From assembly GCA_947372965.1 (NCBI GenBank), contig CANBVR010000001.1, forward strand, positions 653 through 64,652: a stretch of DNA of 64,000 nucleotides. The letters run 5' to 3'. Below, piece after piece: positions 37,558 to 46,482 of this stretch; the first letter of the stretch is position 1; each line of letters starts with the position of its first letter. This DNA is from Actinomycetota bacterium. Lineage in GTDB: Bacteria; Actinomycetota; Actinomycetes; Nanopelagicales; Nanopelagicaceae. The notes under the pieces are model-generated. The model ran no database searches, was not told where the DNA came from, and was given only the letters and a program-made list of their open reading frames with translations. The position numbers and the translations under genes are program-made.

Positions 37558-38796
37558 TCAAAACGGCTTAGCAAACTCCGTTTGTTCAATCGCTTCTAGT
37601 TCCAATAAGCGATTCCACTTTGCGGTGCGATCTGCGCCGTGGGTCGAGCCAACCTTTATTTGTTCTGCGCGCCAGCCGGTAGCCAAATCTGCGAGCCAAG
37701 AATCTTCGGTCTCACCGCTTCGAGCGCTTACGACGGTTCGAAATCCTGCTGCTTGTGCGGTCTGCAATACATGGTGAGTATCAGTAACTAACCCATTTTG
37801 ATTGGCTTTAATCAGAATCGCATTGGCCGAGCTTTCGGCAATTCCACGATCCAAGCGGGTGTGGTTGGTTGTAAACAAATCGTCACCAAGTATCTGCAAA
37901 GAATCAGGAACTTGAGAAGTGAACTCGGCCCAGGCGGCCCAATCATCTTCAGCTAGGGGATCTTCAATCGAAATGATCGGATGTTCATTTACTAGTTTTG
38001 CCATGAAGGAAACGAATTGGGAAGAAGTGAATTCTCTTCCGATAGTTGGTAGTGAGTACTTTCCATTTTCAAAAAATTGAGTTGAAGCAATATCTAGCGC
38101 CAGGCTTACTTGTGAGCCAACTTGTAGACCTACTTCTTCGATGGAATTGGTGACAAATTCGCAAGCAGCATCGATAGATGTAAAGGCAAGGCCGAGGCCA
38201 CCTTCATCAGCAATTAAGTGTGCTGGACCAATTTTGGCACCACGTTTTGCCGCATTCTCGCGAATAGCCCTTACCCACGTTATTGCTTCATTAAAAGAGC
38301 TTGCCCCATTTGGAAGTACCAAGATATCTTGAATATCCATAGTGCGATTTGCATGTGCGCCGCCAGAGAGAATGTTCACCATTGGCATTGGAATTAAGAG
38401 TGGACCTTTTGGCTGAAATAGTCGCGCCATGGAAATTCCTTTTGCACCAGCGCTTGCTTTGGTCACGGCCAGTGAAACTGCAAGTGTGGCATTTGCTCCG
38501 AGAACGTGATGATCACTAGAGGGATCTAATTTCTTGAGTATTTCATCGGCGTGGGTCAGATCGCACTCGGCGCCTATTAACTTGGGGGCTATAACTTCGT
38601 TTATATTCTTACAAGCTTGCAATACGCCCAGACCATCTTGATCACGAAGTTCTTTTGCTTCATGCGCGCCTGTAGATGCGCCAGAGGGAACTCTAGCGGT
38701 ATGCACTTGTCCATCAACCAAAGTTATTGTTACGGCAACCGTTGGACGACCGCGCGAATCTAGAACTTGATAGCCAATTAAATTATCGATGATCAT
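37558..38796 (-). CDS. enolase-family paralogue (divergent phosphopyruvate-hydratase-like)
   Basis: 412 aa with VLDSRGRPTV, PSGASTGAHEA, SGGAHA, ADEGG, LALDIAS, SIEDP, LGDDL, LIKANQ, SARSGETED and QIKVG. The metal ligands and both catalytic Lys are present. The canonical QEF Glu reads QDI, and the canonical SHRSGETED His reads Ala (codon at 37723-37725, GCT). Confidence 0.75.
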   Translation of the reverse strand: MIIDNLIGYQVLDSRGRPTVAVTITLVDGQVHTARVPSGASTGAHEAKELRDQDGLGVLQACKNINEVIAPKLIGAECDLTHADEILKKLDPSSDHHVLGANATLAVSLAVTKASAGAKGISMARLFQPKGPLLIPMPMVNILSGGAHANRTMDIQDILVLPNGASSFNEAITWVRAIRENAAKRGAKIGPAHLIADEGGLGLAFTSIDAACEFVTNSIEEVGLQVGSQVSLALDIASTQFFENGKYSLPTIGREFTSSQFVSFMAKLVNEHPIISIEDPLAEDDWAAWAEFTSQVPDSLQILGDDLFTTNHTRLDRGIAESSANAILIKANQNGLVTDTHHVLQTAQAAGFRTVVSARSGETEDSWLADLATGWRAEQIKVGSTHGADRTAKWNRLLELEAIEQTEFAKPF

Positions 38797-39767
38797 GCAA
38801 ATAACTCCTCAAAAGCAATATTTTCATTTGAAAGTGCCGTAGCGCTCAGTGCCAAAACTCGAGCTTGTCCGGCTTCATCTAAGTAATTAACCAATGAAAC
38901 CCCCTCAACTCGCGCCCGTGCAATTAGTGCCACATGCTGCGCCAGGCTTGGAGCGATTTCTAAGTTGGAATCTCTGGCATAAGAATCTCTAAAGTTGATA
39001 GCGGTATCACGAATCTTGCTTCGGACAAGTGGGTCGGAAGTTCGCAAGAATTTACAGAGCAGATGTGCGCTTACAAATGCGAGATCAAATACTGGATTTC
39101 CGGTATGGGCGACCTCAAAATCCAAAACTATTGGCTTGTGCTCGGCTGTTATCAAAATATTCTTAGGGGAGAAGTCTCCGTGAACCAGAGTTAACTTAAC
39201 AGTTGTGACCTCTTCGATTAACTTCGCTATTGAAGCAGCTAGCCCGGGATTCTTTCTTGCAACCGAGCGATAAAAGGGAGTTACGCGCAATTGCTCGAAG
39301 AGTGAGTCCTCGGAGTAATCACTGCGCACTTGAGAATTTGTGGCGCCAAAGTTATGCCAAGTAGCCAATATTTCACCTAGGTCGGCGCCAATGCTTGGAT
39401 GAATTACTCCATCTAGTAAATCAAGCTTCCAATTGGTGCATGAATCTGGAAGCCGAGACATGGTCAATGTAAATGTGTCGGCATCTAAATCGATTAGCTC
39501 TGGAACACTTTGTGGAGTTAGGGAATGCAAGAGTTTCATCGCATTGGCTTCAACGATCGCACGTCTTTGATCAGCTTTCCAAACTGAAGCCACCTTCAGC
39601 TCTGGAAGGGCTTGCTTTACAACCAAACTCTTTTCCGGAGTACGCACTGCAAGAACTACACAAGAGACGCCACCGGTTAGCACTTCAACTTGGGCGTCAC
39701 CAGTTATTAAACCTCGTGAATTTAAATAACCAACAACCGAACCTTCATCCAGTAGTTCTTGGCTCAT
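38793..39767 (-). CDS. MtnK-like / APH-fold small-molecule kinase
   Basis: 324 aa with VVKQALPELKVASVWKADQRRAIVEANAM (resembling the methylthioribose-kinase N-lobe), LVHGDFSPKNIL (catalytic loop) and VLDFEVAHTGNPVFDLA. Its stop overlaps the enolase-paralogue start (ATGA). Confidence 0.7.
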   Translation of the reverse strand: MSQELLDEGSVVGYLNSRGLITGDAQVEVLTGGVSCVVLAVRTPEKSLVVKQALPELKVASVWKADQRRAIVEANAMKLLHSLTPQSVPELIDLDADTFTLTMSRLPDSCTNWKLDLLDGVIHPSIGADLGEILATWHNFGATNSQVRSDYSEDSLFEQLRVTPFYRSVARKNPGLAASIAKLIEEVTTVKLTLVHGDFSPKNILITAEHKPIVLDFEVAHTGNPVFDLAFVSAHLLCKFLRTSDPLVRSKIRDTAINFRDSYARDSNLEIAPSLAQHVALIARARVEGVSLVNYLDEAGQARVLALSATALSNENIAFEELFA

Positions 39768-39787
39768 ATCAAGTTTTTACTTACTTA

Positions 39788-40474
39788 TCAGATGGTGCGG
39801 GCGATAGAAAAGCCGCGATCAACAAAGATACTCTGGCCAGAAATTCCGGTATTGATATCAGTGCCGAGCATAAAGATGGCGTTAGCAACATCTTCTGGTG
39901 TTGGAAGTTTTCCGGTTGGGGTTTGATCCAAAACATTTTTGATCTGTTCTGGCTTTAAGGTCCGCGCAACCATTGGGCTATTTACGATTCCTGGCAATAC
40001 GCCATTTACCAAAATTCCCTTTGCTCTTCCAAGATCAACTGCAAGAGAACGAACCAAGCCACCCACGGCAGCCTTGGTTACTGAGTAAGCAAACTTTTCT
40101 TGGCGAGTAAGTTGTTCCCAGAGGGAAGAGATAATTACAACTCGGCCACCTTCGGCGATTAAGTCATGAGCCATAAGCGCAGAGATGGTGTTGGCAATAA
40201 AAGCCACATTTGCTTCAAAGAGTTTTGCTAAGTCTTCTGGCGAACCATCCATAACTGAACCGTTTACATTATCGCCTTGGGCAAAAACAATTGATTCAAA
40301 TTTCTTTCCAGCCAATTTAGGATCGAGTGCGCCCTTTGTAAGGGGCAACAAGACATCGCAGTCATTTACAACTTTGCGAACGCCGCAGATTGAATCCCAA
40401 CCTTCGGCTTTGTATTTCTTCTCAGTTGCTCCACCTAAGGTTCCAGTTGCACCAAAAATTAATAGATTCGGCAT
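39788..40474 (-). CDS. short-chain dehydrogenase/reductase (SDR)
   Basis: 228 aa with IFGATGTLGGA and the YSVTKAA (YxxxK) catalytic motif. Confidence 0.75.
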   Translation of the reverse strand: MPNLLIFGATGTLGGATEKKYKAEGWDSICGVRKVVNDCDVLLPLTKGALDPKLAGKKFESIVFAQGDNVNGSVMDGSPEDLAKLFEANVAFIANTISALMAHDLIAEGGRVVIISSLWEQLTRQEKFAYSVTKAAVGGLVRSLAVDLGRAKGILVNGVLPGIVNSPMVARTLKPEQIKNVLDQTPTGKLPTPEDVANAIFMLGTDINTGISGQSIFVDRGFSIARTI

Positions 40475-41397
40475 TACTTCTCGAAACCATAACGCGTAAG
40501 CATTGAGTGGCCAATTGATGCCCGACGAACTCGCTCGCGCGCTGTTGCTTCGATCATGCCTTGAATATGGCCACCAGCTGGGTACAAACCAGGGGAGTTT
40601 CGAACAGTGAACTTGAGATAGATCGGTGAAGAAACACGAACTAGATCTGGCACTTCGTAGTGGCGAACCGCGCCACCAAAATCATCTGGCGCTTCAACAT
40701 AAACATCAACTGGAATATCAACTTGTGCGCGAATTGCCGCAATTTGTTGGAGTGAAAGATCTGTTGAAAGGTTAAGAGTTGAGGCACCTAGATCTTCATA
40801 TAACTTTGCGGTTGCTGGGTTATTGCAGGTAAGAGCAACTGAAGTCTTGAGGATGAAATCACCAGGTAGATCGCCATTTTTGCGCGCCTTGCCAAGGACA
40901 TCTAATAAACCAGCATCGCCAACCAGTACCGAACGAAGGCCAAGGTCTGCTGCATGTAATACATCCTCAACGGCATAACGAAGTTGATCGCCACCGCGAA
41001 GTGATGGATAAGCAACTGCGCCTGATGCTGACACTGGAGTCTTACCGATATCCCATGAAGCACGTGGGCCAACGAATAAACAGACCTCAATATTCTCGCT
41101 CTTGCCCATTGCGATCATCTCTTTAATTTCATCATCGGTCTGCAACATAATTCCGGAGCCTTGTGAGATGCGGTGGATTGTAAGTTTGCGCTTCTTGGCT
41201 TCATCTAAAACGGCTTTAAAAGCAGCGGGACCTTCAACGGAAGGAATTTCGATCTTCCAGCGAGCGCCATCTGAAAATCGCTTTTCTGACTCTGGTAAGC
41301 CATCTGCATCTTGTGATTGGACGCCTTGCTTACCAAGAAGTGCTATCGATTTCTTCATCGGACCTTGGGCATCGCGAGTTGATGGCCAGTTGCTCAT
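40474..41397 (-). CDS. hypothetical protein, unknown family (possibly alpha/beta-barrel-like)
   Basis: 307-aa soluble protein with no motif I can name. Its stop overlaps the SDR start (TAATG), and it lies 23 nt downstream of the lactonase gene. Confidence 0.5.
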   Translation of the reverse strand: MSNWPSTRDAQGPMKKSIALLGKQGVQSQDADGLPESEKRFSDGARWKIEIPSVEGPAAFKAVLDEAKKRKLTIHRISQGSGIMLQTDDEIKEMIAMGKSENIEVCLFVGPRASWDIGKTPVSASGAVAYPSLRGGDQLRYAVEDVLHAADLGLRSVLVGDAGLLDVLGKARKNGDLPGDFILKTSVALTCNNPATAKLYEDLGASTLNLSTDLSLQQIAAIRAQVDIPVDVYVEAPDDFGGAVRHYEVPDLVRVSSPIYLKFTVRNSPGLYPAGGHIQGMIEATARERVRRASIGHSMLTRYGFEK

Positions 41398-41420
41398 TTA
41401 TTTATCTCGTTTCTATTTAT

Positions 41421-42302
41421 TTACTTAATTGGAAAAAGGACAGGTGCTAGGCCACCAACTTTTGGTCGGTAGCTAAAGGTCTTACCCCAGTCTTTGCCAG
41501 GATTTTCTACGCCATCATGTGCAGAAGTGATGATCAAAGTTCCAAGATCTTTACCAACGAAGGCGCAAGAAGTTGGCATTGGGACGCCGACTTCGAGCTC
41601 TTGGGTTAAATTGAAATCTTTATCGAAGTGACGAAGGACCCCACCGCTCCAGAATGCGACCCAGACGCCATCTTCGGCATCCATACATAAGCCATCTGGT
41701 AGCCCTTGTGAATCATCGGTCACCCGCCAGCGAACTTTTCGGTTTGAAACTTCGCCGTTGATGTAATCAAAGGTATCGATCGACTTTGCCATGGTGTCGA
41801 CGTAAACCATCGTCTTGCCATCTTTCGTCCAACCTAAACCGTTGGAAAGTGAGATGCCATCGACCATCTTCTTAATAGAAAGGTCATCTTTACTCATTCG
41901 ATAGAGACCACATGCGTTTGGATGCGCTGCCCAGTCATAAGGCATTGATCCCAGCCACAGATGTCCATCCGGTGCAACCTTGGCATCATTCCAACGTTCT
42001 GGGAAAGAATCTGCTTTGCCATTTGCATCTGGGCGAGTTTGTAATTTGGTGATCACACCTTCTTTCGTGCGGCGGATCGGACCATTGGCTGTACCCAAGA
42101 TGTGGCTGTAATCGGTACACGGAATTACAAATGAAACATGCTCGTTGGTTTCATAACCGTTGATCTCGCCCGTCTCAAAATTCTTGAAGTAGACCTTGCT
42201 GTTGTAGATATCGACCCACCAGATCCATTCATTATTCGGACCGATAGCTACTGGACCTTCGCCAACCTGACAGGCCCGGTCATCCCAAATCTCAAGAGTC
42301 AT
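41421..42302 (-). CDS. SMP-30/gluconolactonase/LRE-family sugar lactonase
   Basis: 293 aa with beta-propeller-like repeats: CQVGEGPVA, NDAKVAPDGHLWLG, SNGLGWT, PDGLCMDAEDGVWVAFW. Confidence 0.8.
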   Translation of the reverse strand: MTLEIWDDRACQVGEGPVAIGPNNEWIWWVDIYNSKVYFKNFETGEINGYETNEHVSFVIPCTDYSHILGTANGPIRRTKEGVITKLQTRPDANGKADSFPERWNDAKVAPDGHLWLGSMPYDWAAHPNACGLYRMSKDDLSIKKMVDGISLSNGLGWTKDGKTMVYVDTMAKSIDTFDYINGEVSNRKVRWRVTDDSQGLPDGLCMDAEDGVWVAFWSGGVLRHFDKDFNLTQELEVGVPMPTSCAFVGKDLGTLIITSAHDGVENPGKDWGKTFSYRPKVGGLAPVLFPIK

Positions 42303-42337
42303 ACTCGGACTATAAAGGATTGACCCCCTCCGCTACT

Positions 42338-43114
42338 ATGGTTCACATGAGTGAAGTTGACCTTACGAGTTTTAGTAACCAAAACGTTATCGTTACCGGC
42401 GCCGCAAGTGGCATTGGAAAATCTGCCGCAATCTTGCTCGCGGACAGAGGCGCAAATGTGATCGCCTTGGATATGAATGAGGCGGGGCTAAAAGAGACGG
42501 TCGCAACTATCACCGCAGCTGGTGGCAAAGCCACTTACAAGCAATTAGATATTTCAAAGCAGGATGCGGTGCTCTCTTGCGTCGCTGCGATTCAAAAAGA
42601 GGTAGGCCAGGTTCATGCGCTCGCAAACTCTGCTGGAATTTCTGGCAAAACCGGCATCATGGCCGAAAACGTTGAGTGGGCTGATTTCATTCGCGCAATC
42701 GAAATTAATCTTTACGGTGCTATTTGGTTAACCCAGGCACTTCTTCCGGCAATGAAAGAAGCAAAGTACGGTCGAATTGTTCACTTGGCATCAATCGCTG
42801 GAAAAGAAGGCAATCCAGGAATGTCTCCTTACAACACTGCAAAGGCCGGGCTGATTGGATTTGTTAAAGGCGTAGCAAAGGAAGCTGCAACATTTGGCAT
42901 CACCATCAACGCCATTGCACCTGCAGTTATTCGCACGCCTATTAATGCAACAGTGGCAAAAGAAGTTCAGGATTATATGGTTAGCAAGATTCCAGTTGGC
43001 CGTCTTGGCGAGCCAGAAGAGGTTGCTGAGTTAATCGCCTTTGCCGCTTCAAAGGCCTGTTCATTCACAACCGGATTCACCTTTGATATATCCGGTGGTC
43101 GCGCAACTTACTAG
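42338..43114 (+). CDS. SDR (FabG-like sugar/sugar-acid dehydrogenase)
   Basis: VIVTGAASGIGKS, NSAGI and the YNTAKAG catalytic motif. The start is uncertain (TTG at 42320, ATG at 42338 or 42347). Confidence 0.75.
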   Translation: MVHMSEVDLTSFSNQNVIVTGAASGIGKSAAILLADRGANVIALDMNEAGLKETVATITAAGGKATYKQLDISKQDAVLSCVAAIQKEVGQVHALANSAGISGKTGIMAENVEWADFIRAIEINLYGAIWLTQALLPAMKEAKYGRIVHLASIAGKEGNPGMSPYNTAKAGLIGFVKGVAKEAATFGITINAIAPAVIRTPINATVAKEVQDYMVSKIPVGRLGEPEEVAELIAFAASKACSFTTGFTFDISGGRATY

Positions 43115-43126
43115 TTGTAAAAATTA

Positions 43127-44062
43127 ATGGCTGATCTATTTACCTTCGGTGAGGCGATGGCCTTGTTTATGTCAACCGACACCGATTCGGTAAAGACCGC
43201 ACGAAACTATGCGATGTCAGCCGCTGGCGCAGAAGGAAATGTTGCTGTTGCCGCTCATCGACTTGGCCTAGATGTTTATTACCAAACAAAACTCGGTAAA
43301 GATTTTCTTGGCGATAACGTCCTTGCTCAATTTAAGGCTGAAGGCTTGGAAACCAGCCACTTCTTGCGAAGCGATAACTACACCGGAACGCTGGTTAGAA
43401 ATCGTGGCCAAGAAGAACCACTTGATGTTACATACCTGCGTAAATGTGCCGCTGCCTCAACTTTTCAACCATCAGATATTGATGAAGAAGTTCTCAAGAA
43501 TTCGAGATGGCTCCATGTCTCGGGAATTACCGTTGCCCTCTCTGATTCTGCGCGAGATACCGTGGCGCATGCCTTAGAAATTGGGCGTAAACATAATTTG
43601 CGAATCAGCTTTGATTTAAATATCCGCCGCAAATTGTGGAGCGAAGAGAAAGCCTCGAACACCCTTCGGGAGTTGGCGCATGACCTTGAATTATTAACAG
43701 GCGGCGTGGATGAATATGAATTGGTATTTGGTACTAAAGATCCAGAAGAGAATTTTAAAATTGCCGCAAGCAAAGGTATTAAGACTTTGATTATGACTGC
43801 TGGACCTGGGTTGATGAGAATTATGCACAACGGCAAGCGCTTTGATTTCCAACCTGAGGTCGTAAAGATTGTTGATCCAGTTGGTTCTGGCGATGCCTTT
43901 ATCTCCGGAACCATTTGCGGATTATTAGCGGGGCTAGAACTAGTTGATGCCATAAAACAGGGAAGCAAATGCGGTGCAATTGTCGCGAGTACGATGGGGG
44001 ACTGGGCCGGAATGGTTAATGGAGTTGGCGGTCTTCTGCCAAAAGAAGTTTGGGGAGAATAA
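43127..44062 (+). CDS. kdgK: 2-dehydro-3-deoxygluconokinase-like PfkB sugar-acid kinase
   Basis: 311-aa PfkB family protein with DPVGSGDAFISG. It is immediately followed by the eda-type aldolase gene. Confidence 0.7.
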   Translation: MADLFTFGEAMALFMSTDTDSVKTARNYAMSAAGAEGNVAVAAHRLGLDVYYQTKLGKDFLGDNVLAQFKAEGLETSHFLRSDNYTGTLVRNRGQEEPLDVTYLRKCAAASTFQPSDIDEEVLKNSRWLHVSGITVALSDSARDTVAHALEIGRKHNLRISFDLNIRRKLWSEEKASNTLRELAHDLELLTGGVDEYELVFGTKDPEENFKIAASKGIKTLIMTAGPGLMRIMHNGKRFDFQPEVVKIVDPVGSGDAFISGTICGLLAGLELVDAIKQGSKCGAIVASTMGDWAGMVNGVGGLLPKEVWGE

Positions 44063-44671
44063 ATGAGCGCATCAGTTAATTTTGATTCGGGGCTGGTTGC
44101 CATCATCCGCACCAAGACCACCGAAGAAGGTCGAACCTTTGCCAAAGCTCTCGTTGAAGCTGGCGTGGATTTAATCGAGTTCACCACGACTACTCCGGGC
44201 GTCTTTGATTTGATTGAAGAATTTGCCGGTGACTCCCGTACTCAAGTTGGGCTTGGAACTGCAATGAATAAGAAGCATGTTGCAAATGGAAAAAAAGCGG
44301 GCGCAAAGTTTGTAATCTCACCACATACTTCAAAAGAAGTTATTCGAGTAACTAAGAAAGCCAATCTAATTTCTATCCCTGGCGTTGCCACTCCTACAGA
44401 AGTTGCCGATGCTCTTCGACATGGCGCAGATATGCTCAAATTCTTTCCAGCATCCTCACTTGGACCAAATTATTTGAAATCTGTCCGTGATCCATTCCCA
44501 GGTCAAACTTGGTTTGCCACTGGTGGAATTACCGTAGATTCCATTGACTCATGGGTAAAGGCCGGATGCTCTGGTTTTGGTTTAGGTGGACCACTTACAA
44601 ATAGTGGGCTAGATCAGATCGCTAATCGCGTGGCAGAATTTAGAAAGGCAATCGGGGAGGCTCGCAAGTGA
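44063..44671 (+). CDS. eda: KDPG/KHG (Eda-type) class I aldolase
   Basis: 202 aa with VAIIRT, IEFTTTTPG, ISPH and Schiff-base Lys context LKFFPASSLG. Confidence 0.8.
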   Translation: MSASVNFDSGLVAIIRTKTTEEGRTFAKALVEAGVDLIEFTTTTPGVFDLIEEFAGDSRTQVGLGTAMNKKHVANGKKAGAKFVISPHTSKEVIRVTKKANLISIPGVATPTEVADALRHGADMLKFFPASSLGPNYLKSVRDPFPGQTWFATGGITVDSIDSWVKAGCSGFGLGGPLTNSGLDQIANRVAEFRKAIGEARK

Positions 44672-45426
44672 AGTTAAAAGATCGCCACGTTTATGTAACC
44701 GGCGGAGCTGATGGGATTGGCGCTGCAATAGTTTTAGATGCCGCCGAAGCTGGTTCCAAAGTTTCATTTTGCGATTTAAACGTTGAAAAAGGAAAGGCTT
44801 ACGAGGCTGAATTAAAGAGCCAAGGCCACCGAGCTTTCTTCCACGAAGGCAACGTTGGAAAAACCGAATCAATGCAAATTGTTTTTGCCGCAATCACCAA
44901 AGAGTTCGGCGATGTTTATGGTCTAGTAAATAATGCAGGAAGAAATGCCTACAACGATCCGGTCGAAATGACTGAGGCCGAGTGGGAAGATTTTATGAAC
45001 GTTGATTTCAAAAGCGTCTGGACTAATTCAAAATTAGTTCTTCCAGCTATGCGTAAGAATAAATTTGGTTCAATCGTTAACATCTCTTCCATCCACGCCC
45101 GCATGTCATATATGAATTACTTCCCATATGCCGCAGCCAAGGCAGGAATTATTGGCCTAACTCGTAACCTTTCGTTAGATGAAGCCAAGCATGGAATCCG
45201 CGTGAACTCCGTTCTTCCAGGGTTTACCTTGACGCCCATGGTTGAGGATTACTTTGTTAAGAACCCTGAAAAGCGCGCCGAAGCTCTCTCCGTCCAACCA
45301 ATGGGTCGAATGGCTCAACCTTCAGAAATTGCAAAGGTAGTTACTTTCCTGCTGACAGATGATGCCTCATTTGTTAATGGCGCCGATTGGATTATCGACG
45401 GCGGCTTATCTCAGAGGTTTGCTTAA
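44668..45426 (+). CDS. SDR
   Basis: VTGGADGIGAAI, NNAG and YAAAKAG. The GTG start overlaps the eda stop. Confidence 0.75.
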   Translation: MKLKDRHVYVTGGADGIGAAIVLDAAEAGSKVSFCDLNVEKGKAYEAELKSQGHRAFFHEGNVGKTESMQIVFAAITKEFGDVYGLVNNAGRNAYNDPVEMTEAEWEDFMNVDFKSVWTNSKLVLPAMRKNKFGSIVNISSIHARMSYMNYFPYAAAKAGIIGLTRNLSLDEAKHGIRVNSVLPGFTLTPMVEDYFVKNPEKRAEALSVQPMGRMAQPSEIAKVVTFLLTDDASFVNGADWIIDGGLSQRFA

Positions 45427-46424
45427 CCCTCAACAACCAGCGCGACTTTGCCGCGAGGTGCCGGTGCATTTTTCAGGGCATCTAGCGCAGCTTCAAAATC
45501 TGCAAGCGCAAATTTATGAGTCACTAAATTAGTTAAATCCAAAGCGCCAGAGTTCATTAGTTCAACGCACTTCTTCCAAGCACTTAGTGACGATCCAAAG
45601 GAACCAATAATGTTTAAATCATTATTGATCACATCATCAATCAAGATGGCAGCGCTCTTCCCAAATCCTGGGTAGCCAAGTAAAACCAGAGTGCCACCAC
45701 GTACGAGTTGACGCACGGCTGCCTCAATTCGGCTTGTTGCGCCGGCGGCTTCAATTATCAGGTCATATTTATCTGAGGTTGCAGAAGTTAAGAAAAAATC
45801 TACTCCCGCACCGGCGGCAATTTCTTCTTGTCCCGATTTAAGGCCAAGCATGTGAACGACCTTTGCGGAATATGTTTTTGCCATAGTTGCCGCAATCAAA
45901 GCGATTGTGCCATCGCCAATAATTAAAACTTTTGCGCCCGGCTTTGGCTTCGCCTTGATAAATGCCTGTGTGACAACTGCGGTTGGTTCTGCAAGAACCG
46001 CGGTCTCATTAGTCACTGAGCTCTTAACTTCATGGGCCAACCAAGCTGGAACGGTAATTAAGTCGGCAGCAGCGCCAGGTCTTGTGAATCCAATTTCATC
46101 GTAAGTAAGGCAGCGATTGGTGTCACCATTTTCGCATTCAAAACAGTTTTGGCAAGGAATGATTCCAGTAACAACTATTCGACTACCAATAGCAGGGGAA
46201 GTAACTCCCGCACCGACTCCAATAACTTCCCCAACCCACTCATGTCCCAAACTCGAGGGATATTTAACGAAAGCTGGATCACCATCACCGGCAATAATTT
46301 CGAGATCAGTTCCACAAATGCCGGCAAGGATTGGTTTTACGAGAATTTCACCAGACGCAGGTATTGGGTCTGAAACTTCAAGAAGTTCGGCTTTCTTATC
46401 GCCAGAAGTAAAGAGTGCTTTCAT
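45423..46424 (-). CDS. Zn-dependent medium-chain alcohol/polyol dehydrogenase
   Basis: GICGTDLE, GHEWVGEV, structural-Zn Cys cluster CQNCFECENGDTNRC and GDGTIAL Rossmann motif. Confidence 0.8.
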   Translation of the reverse strand: MKALFTSGDKKAELLEVSDPIPASGEILVKPILAGICGTDLEIIAGDGDPAFVKYPSSLGHEWVGEVIGVGAGVTSPAIGSRIVVTGIIPCQNCFECENGDTNRCLTYDEIGFTRPGAAADLITVPAWLAHEVKSSVTNETAVLAEPTAVVTQAFIKAKPKPGAKVLIIGDGTIALIAATMAKTYSAKVVHMLGLKSGQEEIAAGAGVDFFLTSATSDKYDLIIEAAGATSRIEAAVRQLVRGGTLVLLGYPGFGKSAAILIDDVINNDLNIIGSFGSSLSAWKKCVELMNSGALDLTNLVTHKFALADFEAALDALKNAPAPRGKVALVVEG

Positions 46425-46482
46425 AGTGAAATAGATAATACCTGCTGCAGTTAATTATCAAAGCAAGGGTAGACTTCCAAAG

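Noticed and set aside
38075-38095. Apparent loss of a catalytic Glu in the enolase paralogue (ASTQF versus canonical A(A/S)SEF)
   Set aside because: On re-checking, the catalytic acid of enolases sits in the (G/A)DEGG motif, which is intact here. The ASSEF Glu is not a catalytic residue, so this difference was not counted.
43465-44187. 240-aa minus-strand ORF spanning the kdgK-eda junction
   Set aside because: Its Ser/Pro/Thr/Arg-rich composition has no motifs, and it is fully antisense to two well-supported enzyme genes. It is most likely a chance open frame.
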